DNA from: Neophaeotheca triangularis
Taxonomy: Eukaryota
Direction: 5' to 3'
NCBI GenBank assembly: GCA_054600435.1
Contig: BAAIJX010000047.1
Coordinates: 124,001-167,969 of the forward strand
Length of the DNA: 43,969 nt
Shown here piece after piece: positions 1 through 11,334 of this stretch (its first letter is position 1; each line of letters begins with the position of its first letter). Under the pieces are notes generated by a model. It was not told the DNA's origin. It saw only the letters and a list, made by a program, of their open reading frames with translations, and did not search any database. Both the position numbers and the translations under genes were made by a program.

Positions 1-1679
1 AGCTCATCAGATGCTGCTTCCTGCGCACCTGATCGGCGAGTGTTGGAGGCCCGACGGGACCTACGGCTTCACGGCCGAGAGTAGGTGAGTCCGTGTCGAT
101 GGGGGTCTGCGCCGCGCGGGGCGAGGTGTCGGCCATTTCGTACGAGTTGGCTTGTAGGTGTTCGCGGAAGCGGCTGCTGCCGGTGCTCGAGTGCTGGCTT
201 GTGGGGCGCGGGGAATTGTTTGGGTGCGGCGGTCGAGGTGTCACGGGTCTGGAGTCGAGCATGGCGACTTTGTCGGCGGAGCGTGCGGCTGCAGGGCGTT
301 GGTAGAGGGTCGGGGGCAGAAAACCGCTCTTCTCGCTGCCGGTTGTGGTTGGGTGCGCTTGCGCTACGCCTTCATGGTGCATGGCGTCAGCTTTGCGATC
401 GTTGTCGGTGTATTGCGTGCCGCGGTAGAAACCTGCGATGTTCACATACCTGTCAGACCCATTGTTCCTCGCGGGGGGTGTAGATGGAGCGCTGCCGCGT
501 GTGTAGCGGTGGGGTATACGCACCTCCATACGGAGCGAAGACGTCGTTGGCGACGGCCGTTGAGCCCTGTCGGCCGCGACCTACCGCGTAGCTGCTGCCG
601 TCATGTTGCGCGTATGACTGGTTGTTAGTCCCCCCTGGCGAATAGTCGTTCAGCCGTTGGGTCTCGATTGGTCCGCCCATTGCGCTATGGGTAGTGACTG
701 TTGCTGAGCGACGTTCTTCTATCTTCTTTCTGCGACGACGCGCGCAAATGGCGATGAGGAGCAGCAGGAGCAAGAGACCGGCGATGGCCCCTAGAACTCC
801 CCCAACGATCGCACCTATGTTCGTGCCGCCTCCGCCTCCGCCTCCGCGATTGGCGGGTGAGCTTTGCGAAGTTTGAGGATCCGCAACCGCGTCGGGATTC
901 GTCTTGCTCGCGGATATGAAATTAGGGGTAAGACCCCGTACGAACGAATCTGGACCAATGTCGCTCTTATAGTAACATGTCCCTCCTCCCAAACCCGAGA
1001 ATGTAAAACCGGCGCAATCCGATCGGGTGCTACATGCAGCAAAGCACTCGCCATAACCGCCAGAATTGATGTCGACAGAGTTGAAAGCATCCGTGGTGCT
1101 GTCGGTATTGCAATGGACGGTATAGGATATTCTCAAGCGGTCGGCAAAAACCGTGTTGTTACCATTCGGGCAGTCAGGCGCATCAGGCTCTGTGGGCGCC
1201 GAGGCGGATGTGGTAGACGGTGATGCTCGAGTTGTCGTTGACATGCGTGAGTTGCCGCTCGTTGTCGCACCAGTTGCTGTGTTCGATATTGAAGTAGTCG
1301 TTTGCGTCCCGCTGGATGTCGTTGAGGATCCGCTAGCGAAGTCGGGGCATCCGCCGCTGAGATTGCAAGGCTCGAATGAACAGCATCCGCGGTAGCCGTT
1401 GGGACAGCTGTAGAAACTAGTACCACTGGGACAATCCTGTCTTTCCTGCAGCACAGGCAACGATGCTGCTCCTTCGGCAGTCCCGGACTTTTGCTGCTCT
1501 GTCATGTTGAGTGTCTCGACTATCAGCTTTCCGATCCGGCCAAAACTCTTTGCTTTTCGTGTGGGCTCTGCTGCGTCACTGCTCAGGGTGGTCAAAAGAT
1601 CGAGTGAAGCTGTTTCCTCTGGCACAGCACTGAGCCTCTCGGGCGCATTTTGGACGCTAGTTAGGTCTGGGACGATCAT
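1..1679 (-). CDS. Single-pass membrane protein with Cys-rich domain, Ser/Thr stalk and PAN/apple-like domain; 3' end runs off the window
   Basis: ORF 453..1697 has CPSGTSFYSCPNGYRGCCSFEPC, a Ser/Thr-rich region, a PAN-like motif (CFAACSTRSDCAGFTF..CYYK) and a TM helix IGAIVGGVLGAIAGLLLLLLLIAIC followed by RRRRKK. Predicted intron 523..433 (GTGCGT...CTGAC...CAG) joins in frame to an open exon 432..1 (GFYRGTQY...RRKQHLMS). First ATG is at 1679; the true start is uncertain and no clear signal peptide is visible. Confidence 0.8.
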
Positions 1680-2661
1680 CCTGTTACAGCTTCGCAATCG
1701 CGCGACAATGTTGTGTTGTACGCAAGACTCAGAATATCAGGAGAGGAGCGGAAAAGCAAGAGGAGGTAGGGGGTTAGGCCGTACATCGCCGGGTGGCGTC
1801 AAGGGACAAAGGCCGCATCCGGTCAGAATTGAATTTGTTTGCGGACAAAGGGGTGAACATCCTTCGAGACACACCCGGGAGTCATTCGCATCGAGTGGAA
1901 GTCGACCGCAGACATGGCTATCTTGGACAACTCATGTTTGGGCCTTTCGGATACGAAACCGCCACGCTTGGGATCGGTCTGCATTGTGCTCGTCGACTAT
2001 GCTCACGTGCGTGCTCACGATTCCCCTCGTGGAGTTACTCTGTCGGGTAGTGCCAAGGTTGCGTGGTGGAATGCGACAAGGAATGGAAGCCAAGGCTGAA
2101 GACCGTGGGATAGGACTGCACGTAGTTGTCAATACAACGAGCGATGCCGTCCACTTTCGAGGGTCCTGGCGGTATTCTCGAAAGGAAGAACTCCTTAGTG
2201 TAGTGATTTGGTGACCGAAACAACGCGGCACAAGCAGGTTCCCTGGGCTTACAAGGGTGGCCTTCCACTGTTGCCGTAGGTGAAAGACCAAATCCTGTGT
2301 TTCTCACAATATGAGTACCTGGGTAGATACCAATGGAGTGTCGTAGATGGGAGTGTACTGACCAATGGAAGCATCCAATGTAAAGCAGACGGGAGGGAAA
2401 GCAAAAGTGCACCTCAGTCTTCCGAATGAGGAAGGCATGTTGACGCGTGATGTCAGCGGCGTTTCCCCAGATCGCGGTGCGCGTCACCTACTGTACATTA
2501 CATTACCTTCCTAATGCAACTCTATCTCACACCCAATCTACCGGTACATCCATCTCTCACTCCCCAGGCCATCTAGGATTGTTCGAACGTCTCTGTTATC
2601 CCACTGCCAACGATTTATAGAAACCCTGGAAAACTGTTCGAGCGCATCTAACGCGAATACA

Positions 2662-3693
2662 ATGGCCATTGCAAAACGCCCCCGGACCTTGGACGGCTTC
2701 TTTGGTCCTCCGCCTACCAAAAAGACCAAAGCTAGTACCTTCAGCCCGGGGGACAATGAAGCAATCTCGGAAGAAACAAAAGACGAGGCGCCTGCACAAG
2801 AGAAAGCTCCATCCCAAGAGCTCTCTACACACCCAACCTATCCTTTCGCCATACCCCATCTCCCCCACGAAATCACAGACATCCTCAACTTCGCCCCCGC
2901 CTCGGAAGCCAGAGCAATCAACAACCAACCCGACCTCGACCTCCTCTACTACGAGCCCTACATCCCCAAAGAAATCGCCACCGACCTCTTCCACTACCTC
3001 CGGCGCGAACTCTTCTTCTACCGCGTAACCTACCCCATTAAACGCGGTCCGGTGGAAACAACAATCAACACACCCAGATACACGACCGTCTTCGGCATCG
3101 ACGCGACGGCCAAATTCCCCACCGACCCCACCTCCACCACCCCCCTCGACGCCACCACCTCCAAACCCCTGCCCCCCTCAGCCTACAAATGCCGGCCGCG
3201 GCCTCTACCCCAATGCCTCGAGCGCCTCAAAGCCCTCACCGAAGCCGCAACATCCTCAACCTTCAACTTCGCACTCGTAAATTACTACGCCGACGGCAAA
3301 GACAGCATCAGCTACCACAGCGACGACGAGCGCTTCCTCGGCCCGGACCCGAGCATCGCCTCCTTCTCTCTCGGCGCCCGCAGGGATTTTCTGCTCAAGC
3401 ACAAACCCACGGAAGCGAAACACGAGTCTGAGACGAAACCGCTGAAATTGCCGCTCGGGAGTGGCGACATGGTGCTCATGCGTGGCAAGACGCAGGGGTC
3501 TTGGTTGCATTCTATTCCCAAGAGGACGGGGAAGGCGGATGAGGCCGGCAGGGGGAGGATCAACGTCACTTTTCGCAGGGCTTTGGTCAAGGGGGGTACG
3601 GAGAATTATTATCGGTACAATGTTGGGGAGGGTGGGGTTTGGAAGTGGGATGAGCGGGGGAGGGAGATGAGGCCGTGGGGGGAGGGGAAGTGA
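2662..3693 (+). CDS. AlkB-family 2OG-Fe(II) dioxygenase (ALKBH2/ALKBH3-like alkylation repair enzyme)
   Basis: 343 aa intronless ORF with FNFALVNYYADGKDSISYHSDDE (HxD), IASFSLGARRDF, WLHSIPK (distal His) and RINVTFR (2OG-binding RxxxxxR). Confidence 0.93.
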   Translation: MAIAKRPRTLDGFFGPPPTKKTKASTFSPGDNEAISEETKDEAPAQEKAPSQELSTHPTYPFAIPHLPHEITDILNFAPASEARAINNQPDLDLLYYEPYIPKEIATDLFHYLRRELFFYRVTYPIKRGPVETTINTPRYTTVFGIDATAKFPTDPTSTTPLDATTSKPLPPSAYKCRPRPLPQCLERLKALTEAATSSTFNFALVNYYADGKDSISYHSDDERFLGPDPSIASFSLGARRDFLLKHKPTEAKHESETKPLKLPLGSGDMVLMRGKTQGSWLHSIPKRTGKADEAGRGRINVTFRRALVKGGTENYYRYNVGEGGVWKWDERGREMRPWGEGK

Positions 3694-4336
3694 TGGGTAG
3701 GTAATGGTAACCTAGGTTTGGCTGGCTGTTGTCTTTGTTAGTAGTTTGAGACTGCGTATTGGATGGTGTGCTCGTTGTCGCCGGTCTCTGTCGACTTCAC
3801 TACACAATACGAGAATGTTCGTCTTGCGAGTGGCCATCATCGGAGGTTTGCCACCGGGTGACCCGACACCGAAGTTTGTACGCGCTCTGCTACTGCTACT
3901 GCTAAGCCCAGCCCTTGACTCTCCTGCTTGTTGTCATGTCGTCGTTTCGCAATGCAGTTCGCCGCAAACTTCCTAAGCAGTCGTGGTGCCCTCTTTCAAA
4001 GCACAAAGGTCTCCCGAAAGCATTAGCATGCATGTGCACGAGAAAGCCTTCGCCACCGTGAATCTACAGGTAATCCTAGTAGCACGCCTGTTCCGTGCCA
4101 TGCAACGCGGCCTCACATGTCCTCTCTCCCCTGTGCGTTGATCGTAGTCGCCTTCCCGCAATGCTCGCGAACACAGCTCCTCGCACCGGGAACGTCGACC
4201 TACGACGGGTTGCGCATCTTCCACGACACCTTGCGCCTCGAAGGCAGCGAGACAGGCCAAGATGGACCCGGAGCCCGCTTCCTGACTTGCACTCAACCAG
4301 AAGTTAGCTCTGCACCTACCACAGAAAACAGAAACC

Positions 4337-5229
4337 TCAAGTCGCCACTCCATTCTCACCCTGATCAGCACTCGCCGCCTGAGCACCGCCGTCTTGCCCC
4401 TCCAGCGTATCGTCGCCAGTCCACCAGAACTTCGGCCCCAGCCCAGACAGCCCCATGGAACCAATAAGCCCATACGGCTGCTTCGGACCCTCCTCCTCCT
4501 CCTCCTCCTCCTCCTGGCCCTCAACAACCTTCTTCTTGCTCCCAAGCCCCACATCATGCCACTCCTCCGACTCGACTTTGAAAGCCGCAATCTCCGTCTT
4601 ATCGATAAAGTACTGCGCGCTCTCGTCGGTGGGATCCATAGTCCAAACCCACGACCCGCCGTCGCCGGAAGCGTCGGGCTGGAAGTGTGTGTTCTCGAAG
4701 AGCTGCTCCGGGGGCACGACGATCTCGTCGAAGAAGTCGGTCTTCAGCCAGACGCCCGTCTCCTCGTCCAGGTAGTTGGTTTGCGCTAGTATCACTTCGC
4801 CTTTGAAGGGCCGGAAGACGACGAGTTGGAAGTCGACGTGCACGTTGACGATTCCCGTGCCGCTGTGGCCGATCAGACCGTCGGAGCAGCTATCAATCTT
4901 GTAGACGCCGACCTGGGTGGGATTAAGTTAGATGGGGTTGGATTTTGAGGGGTGGTGGAGACCGGGGCGGATGCTGAGGCCCCGGACAGCGACCAGCACT
5001 TGAGGGTGCATTGTGTGGAACTAGCATCGACTTACGCAAAGACCAATTTTCGGAATGACCTTGTCGGCATACTTGGCGTTGAGGCTGTCCTCGATAAGGC
5101 GCGCAGAGGGGATGTTGAAATCGGCGGGCTTGATCTGAACAATGTCCTGGATTTTGACCTGAGGGACACGTTAGCAGAGTGTCCACGGATGTTTCGAATT
5201 TGAGTTAGTGAACTTACAAGCACGTACAT
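4337..5229 (-). CDS. RPC25: DNA-directed RNA polymerase III subunit Rpc25 (RPC8)
   Basis: Exons 5229..5218, 5158..5036, 4912..4337 with GTAAGT donors and CAG acceptors. The joined product MYVL-VKIQDIVQIKPADF...LNAKYADKVIPKIGLC-VGVYKI...VNVHVDFQLVVFRPFKGEV...GSMGLSGLGPKFWW is characteristic of Rpc25. Confidence 0.93.
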
Positions 5230-5659
5230 TGTGCCTTTTTACAAACGAATTAACTAGGCTCGGTCACAGAGGGGGATGAGGTTTTTTTGTAGATTTAGAA
5301 CAAGGAGGTGCCCTGGTGGGATACCAGGTTCAAGACAATGACCTAGCGCGTAGGCTCGTTATGGCAGAAAATGGTCACGCGCTGGGTGAAGGGGTGAAGA
5401 AGTGGTGAATTTTGTGAAGACGACAGTGAAGAGAAGTGAAAGTAGCTAGTAGGTAGAAGCTTTGTATACAGTTGCAACTTTGCGTCCGTGCTTTGCAGCC
5501 AGCAACTAGCGCCGGCAAATACGAGCCATTCACAAGTCCTTCGAGAAGCTCACCTTGATCAAAGTCGTTACCTGCCATCGGCAAAAAGCATCAATCATGC
5601 TTTTTCCGGGGTAGGGTAATGTAACATCACTCACGTTCGTTTGTTTTGATACCCTAGAC
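5230..5659. promoter_or_regulatory. Bidirectional promoter region between RPC25 and the Rsa1/NUFIP1-like gene
   Basis: Head-to-head start codons at 5229 (-) and 5660 (+), about 430 bp apart. Confidence 0.6.
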
Positions 5660-7509
5660 ATGGCGCCAGGAGGCTTTTCGTTCCCGCCGCCTCCACCGCC
5701 GCCTCCGAGGGCAGCAGCGCCAGCAGGGCAGGGGGACGAGCCTACTGGAGGTGGCGCACACGGGCAGTCCGGACACCAAAGTTATTCTTCACAACAACGT
5801 GGCAGAGGTAGAGGCGGAGCTAGAGGACGCGGCAATCCTGATCAACGAGGTCGAGGGAACAGCCGCGGACGAGGCGGGCACTCTGGGGCCTTCAGCGGTC
5901 CTCCGCAGCATTCATCCGGGCAAGGCTATCAAGCTCTTCAGCAAAACGGGTGAGCCGAGTCTGAACATGTCTAATCATGGTACAGAATGCTTACGAAACT
6001 AGAAGATTTTCGCCACCACTTTACGGAACTTCACAGTCCGGGCCGACCGATTCGGGTCAATATTCACCCCAAGCCATAGCTGGACACAAACGAAAAGCGG
6101 AAGCTCTACGTGGACCTACTCAGAGCGATTTAAGCAGGGCAAGGCCTCCTGCACCGCCTTCGGTGCCAGCTTTCGGTGGTCCAATAGTAACGCCCTCCCA
6201 AATTGGACCGCAGAAGCAACCGCCACAGGCTACCAAGCAAGCCGCAGCCCCTAGCAAACCGCGCAAGAAGGGCAGCCTCTTCGGCATCGGTCAATCAGAA
6301 TATACCCCTGCCCAAGTTTCGTCTTCCGAGGATGAAGCCGACGATGAGGACGAGGAAGCCGCATATGCCGAGCTCGGCAACAAGCTGACCTTCGAACATA
6401 ACGGCACCGTTCTCTCTCTCAACACTGCTGCGGACATCGCGGCCTGGAAGAAGGAGCGTAGCCAGAATTGGCCCACGCGTGCTCGCATGACGGAGAGGGA
6501 AGCTCGACGTAGGGAAGTAGGACTTGAGCGGAGGCGAATGCTAGCGGAAGCTCAAGAAGCGCTTCGGCCTAGGAGGGGCGCGGATGAAGCCGTAGGAGGG
6601 CAGCAGCGAGGAAAGAGGGGTGTGGTCAGAGATGCCAATGCCAGAAATCAGCCAAGTATAGATGAAAGCCTTGCAGACGGGTCTGGAAAGTGGGGCACGG
6701 AGTTGGAAAGGACTAGGAAGCGGTTCGAGGAGCAAAGTAATCACCTTGCGAGCCTTCGGGCGAAGGTTGTGGCAAGCGAGGCGAAGAACAAGGCTCTGCG
6801 GGCACAAGCCAAAGAGGATCACGACGGCACTGCAGATGACGAACGAGCCGTGCCTGTCCCAGACGCTAAAGAGGAGTCCCAAGCTGTCGCAGGGAACGGG
6901 GATAGCGCAAGGAAGACAGTGATGGACGTCGATGCAATTGTATCCACCAGTGCTGGGGACGGCGAGGGAATGGCTGACGTTGATGCAAATACTGTCACGG
7001 AAGCAGGATCTCGAGAGCACCCTTCCGCCACGGCTGACAGGGAACTTGACGTCGAAGCTCCTCCACAACCTCAACCGCAAATATCATCACATCGATCCGC
7101 ATCCCTATCCTCATCCAGCGGCTCCTCAAACACAGACTCCGACTCCGACTCGGACGGCCCACCCGAGCAATCAACTTCCAAAAACCCTGCCCCAAAGCCC
7201 TCATCACAGGAATCCAAAGTCCCTCTCTGCAGATACTACGTCGCCTCAGGCTTCTGCCGCGACGGCGTGCAATGCCGCTACCGCCACGAACTCCCCGAGC
7301 GCGGTTCCGGTGCAGCTCTCGCCATGGAAGCGGAGCGCAAGAGGAAAGAAAAAGTTAACCAGGAGCAGAAGCCTTTTATTGTGCCCGTGCCTGGGGCGAA
7401 GAGGAGTATTACCGATCGTCTTGTGGAGAGGCAGAAGGAGGAGGAGGATGTGGTCGCGCTGGGGGTGGTGAAGTATTTGGGGGAGATGGGTTTTTTTGCT
7501 TCGAAGTAG
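5660..7509 (+). CDS. RSA1: NUFIP1/Rsa1-domain protein with CCCH zinc finger (box C/D snoRNP assembly factor-like)
   Basis: Exon 1 5660..5949 (Pro-rich, RGG repeats), intron 5950..6002 (GTGAGC..TAG, frame-restoring), exon 2 6003..7509. NUFIP1 core LNTAADIAAWKKERSQNWPTRAR and CCCH finger CRYYVASGFCRDGVQCRYRH. Confidence 0.8.
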
Positions 7510-8520
7510 GTGTCTTGATGTAAGTGTAAGGTACTTGGTTGAGGGGAAGGAGTAAGACGGACTGGAGCAGTCTTTTTGCAAGCATCTCACCAATGGATGG
7601 GAACGTGGCTATTGCCCTCTTTAAAGTTGCAGGATCGCAGCTAAATGCTACACGCTTGCGACACTCTCAGAACCCCAGAAGGTTATACAGCCCCTTCCAG
7701 CATTATCATAATACCCACGAGCGACTTCATTCTCACAGAACGACGCTCAAAGGGTAATGGTCTGGATGTCATAAAAAGCGAGTTGTCCATTGGCTGTCCC
7801 GAGACTACGCTAGCGGCCGGCTGGAAAGCACAGACAATTGAGGCCCATAAAGGCTCAGAAGCTTTCCTATCCTTTCCTTTTCCTTTCTTTCATCCCGTCC
7901 TATCTGATCTACATACAGTTTTAGAATCACAGCCTCGTTGGAGATTATTATCATGCAACTGGTTTGATTTGGTAGATGTGTGGATCTAGCCGAGCATTTT
8001 ACTGGCCAATATTGACTCCAATTAAGCGAATGGAGTTGCATTAACCTTCCCTCCTCACCCAAATGCAGTTAGTAAACGTCGGTAAACGAGCCTCGCTGAG
8101 TTGCTATGTTTCTTTCGCTGGTAACTCTCGGCAAACACCATTTATCTCTCGCGCCCCTCGTGCACAGCTTTCTGGCAGTATTATTCCATTCTCAACCTGG
8201 AACTCCCCCTACCGAGGAAGGCTATCAACCTTCACTCATGGTTGCACTGTCCATTTGAAGCTTGAACGCGTTCCCAAAATCGACCCTTATGTTTTTGACA
8301 TCTTTGGGGCGGATCTGAGGTCTCTTGGAGATCCTGCGAGTAATGGGGACGCCGAGACTGTGAAGACGATAATTGCCGTCGATTATATGGAGACGTTGTA
8401 GTAAGAAACACTTAGATTTGCTCAACGAAGCCCATTTCGGGGTATACTCCTGAATTAGCTGACGCTCAATATCAGGCACGATCACAGCGAAGAAAGTCCA
8501 GAAACGGCGATCAACAGGCC

Positions 8521-9717
8521 ATGAGTCGGTCGTCAAAGCATTCACCGCGTGGACCATATGGAGACCAGTTACCGGATGTCGAGCAGTTATGTAAAGATCA
8601 TTTCGATCTGAATTGGCAGCTCCTTTCTATTCTCGAGCAGACTAATTACGCGGTTTCGACACCTAACAGCAGCAAAAAGTCACTATCGAATCTCAAAAGT
8701 GACCTTGCGGCCGTCGAGAAAGAGCTCGAGAAGCTTCACGAAATCACCGAAGCAGAGAGGAAGGCCCAAACCGAACATCCGAGGACCTTTTTCGGGAATC
8801 TGAGGCTGAGACTTAGTAGGAATGAAATGCGCGAGTCTTGGGAAGCCAAAGCGGAAGAGATAGGTCGCAGGTTTCAGGATGCCTGGCAAAAGGAATACGA
8901 TACCGCCCAACGCCGCGACGAGCTGCGGAGTACAGTCTCAAGCACAATGGCCGATATCTCACGTAATAAGCAGGCTCAGGCCGAGCTGGATCAACTTTAC
9001 GCTTTCATATTCGACGGTCCCACGCCCCAATTTCTCACCGAAGATAGGCGCGAGGATGCCTTTCGAAATGCGAGGGCGAAACGCAACGATAGCGTACAAG
9101 CTCTGCGCGAGCAAAAAGAGGCCCTGTCATTCTTGAAGGGCTGTCATCTATCTTTACAGCGCGCTTTCGACCTCACAATGAGAGCTACGCTTTGCGAGGT
9201 TCGCACCGAGTGCGTACCACCGTCCTGGTGGCAAGCGAAACAAGCCTATCTAGACGCCCGACGCCACATGGTGCGAGCACGCAGCGAGCAACCGCAGATC
9301 AACAAGCTCGGCGGTGAGGTGCTCACGTGGGAGGAGCTCGCGTGCGACGTGGCGCAAGGAGTCTTTCCCAGTTTGGCGGAGCATCCCGGTCTCGAGTTTG
9401 CCAAGGCGCAATTACAGCAAGCTTTGGGGGAAACGGGTGAACAGCTTCACGAGCAGGAGCAGAGGATTCGTCACGCGGAAAAGCAACTCGAGGATGATGA
9501 GAGGAAGGTGGAGGTCGAGAGGAGTTTGCTTCAGAGATTCAGGTCGGAAGCTTTCGAGACGCTTGCCGGATGTCGCAGGCCATGGGCGCGACAGAGCAGA
9601 CACTTGCAAGTAACGGACGAGGCTCCGCCTGTTTATACTCGAGGGTTACATAGGGAGGTTTTCAGCGATGCTGATGGCAGGGGAGTTGGTTCCGAATGTA
9701 GCCAACAAGGTCTCTAG
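8521..9717 (+). CDS. Fungal hypothetical coiled-coil protein
   Basis: 398 aa intronless ORF, helical and coiled-coil in composition, with motif ELDQLYAFIFDGPTPQFLTED and a C-terminal PPxY (APPVY). Start codon uncertain. Confidence 0.75.
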   Translation: MSRSSKHSPRGPYGDQLPDVEQLCKDHFDLNWQLLSILEQTNYAVSTPNSSKKSLSNLKSDLAAVEKELEKLHEITEAERKAQTEHPRTFFGNLRLRLSRNEMRESWEAKAEEIGRRFQDAWQKEYDTAQRRDELRSTVSSTMADISRNKQAQAELDQLYAFIFDGPTPQFLTEDRREDAFRNARAKRNDSVQALREQKEALSFLKGCHLSLQRAFDLTMRATLCEVRTECVPPSWWQAKQAYLDARRHMVRARSEQPQINKLGGEVLTWEELACDVAQGVFPSLAEHPGLEFAKAQLQQALGETGEQLHEQEQRIRHAEKQLEDDERKVEVERSLLQRFRSEAFETLAGCRRPWARQSRHLQVTDEAPPVYTRGLHREVFSDADGRGVGSECSQQGL

Positions 9718-9801
9718 TCGTAGCCGCCCTCAGGCACAGGTATGGTAAAGCACAAGACAGGACGGGCTCTATGGTTTGACGACTGCCGCTGTTTCATGCG
9801 G

Positions 9802-11334
9802 CTAACCGGGTGGAAAATTGCGACGAGCTGCTTCCATGTTTCGGTGTTGGGGCGCTTGGGGAGGCACATTGGCGTTGCTCGGCCCTTCGAAGATTACGAT
9901 TATAGTCAAGTCAACCAATTCGTCATGCCATACCTTCTGCTTCCTGAAGCACTCAACGCCCCGTCTCCACCGGCCCTTGGCTTCCCCGGACAGCACGGCC
10001 AAGATCAACCCTCGATCAAACATGCCAGCAGCTCTTCGGCCGTGGTGTTCTGTAACAGTAACGAAGTCTGTCGCTCTGCGTTTGGGGAAACGACATTCCG
10101 CTCGTCGCTTCCATCCGAAAACGATCCCTGGCAACAAACAACTATCATCTGATATTTCCCCAGCTTCCTCGAGATCGGTCTCGTGCCTGACTACGTTGGC
10201 CTTGGCACAATGCGACCCGGATTCAAGGGCCTTTTGCGCCACGGAAACGCCGCCGCCAACGTGTTCGTTTTGCAACGGCAAGACTACCGTTGCGTCGACC
10301 TCTCCGTCCCTCCGTGGACGTTTTACACTGTGCCTGCCACTCTGGTGACTCTCTGCGTTGGAGCTTTGGTCTTGATCGGAAGCAGCCTTTCTTTTCTGTC
10401 AGCTGGTTCGACTGCTGCTGAAAGGGGTACAGCTCAGCTGGGTGGTTGTGGAAGAAGGGTAAGCGTATAGTGGGAAGCGAGGGTACTGGTAGTGCGGCCG
10501 GTCTCTAGAACCACGCGGGTGACGAGGATGAGCCTGGACCAGACGCCGAGCAGAGGAAGATGCGTGAGCTCGCGAATCGTAAACTGGGATTCAGTGGAGG
10601 CAACTGACGTCGCTGTCGCTTGAGCTTGGGTGCGAGCCGGCAATGTCTTCTTATCCGATTATTCGCCAGCAAATCAGTGAATGTTCATTACGCCATCGTA
10701 TTGCTTGACATGCTTGTGCCTTGGAGAAGGTTTACGTATAGCAAACTGCTTGGTACTTGGTCCGGTTGATTGCTAATCGTGAAGAGTGAATAATTGAAGA
10801 GCAGCTTTGTAATAGAACGCACTGATCAGATTCTCGACCGGAAAACGCATTCGGCGATGGTCGGAGTGGACCAAGTTTCTTTCCTCGTGATCGTCAGCAT
10901 CGGCGCTTTCGCCATAGTAGCGGTGATAGGAAATTAAGACTGTCTCGACGGCGTCGAAAATCTTGTAGCGAGAGCCCGGTTCGGTCGACGCTGCTTTGGC
11001 CCCCTTATTAAACAGCTACGGTCTGTGCGACGATGGGCGGTAAGGATATGCAGATCCAGTCCTGAAGTCGCCTCTTACCTCCACGATCCTGGAACGTGAA
11101 AGCCACCATCATCCACCATAGGGCTTCGGTTTGGTCGTCATCGACGTTGGACAGTGTTGTCTTAGAGAACGGGAGAATCATTCTAGAATAATTACCGAGC
11201 ACACGTGGAAGGATTGGCCCGCCGGCTTGAGTTCTTCGACACATGTCGCACCAGCAAGCGTTCCGATACCACAGAGCCAATGAGAGCCGCGACTCGGAGA
11301 TTAACAGTGAAGATAAAGGTATCCGCGAGCGCAA
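9802..11334 (-). pseudogene. Possible decayed gene of unknown family
   Basis: Protein-like minus-strand frame from 11015 (LFNKGAKAASTEPGSRYKIFDAVETVLISYHRYY...) interrupted by TAG 10775, TGA 10676, TAA ~10661 and TGA 10436, then ~200 open codons in another frame ending at 9802. A GTAAGA..TAG intron-like segment lies near 11078..11016. No recognisable domain. Confidence 0.3.

Noticed and set aside
1504..2487. Overlapping 119-236 aa ORFs between the first two genes
   Set aside because: Antisense or promoter-region ORFs without domains or coding-like composition.
8225..8557. 110-aa minus-strand ORF
   Set aside because: Overlaps the start of the 8521 gene head to head and has no recognisable motif. 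It cannot be supported.
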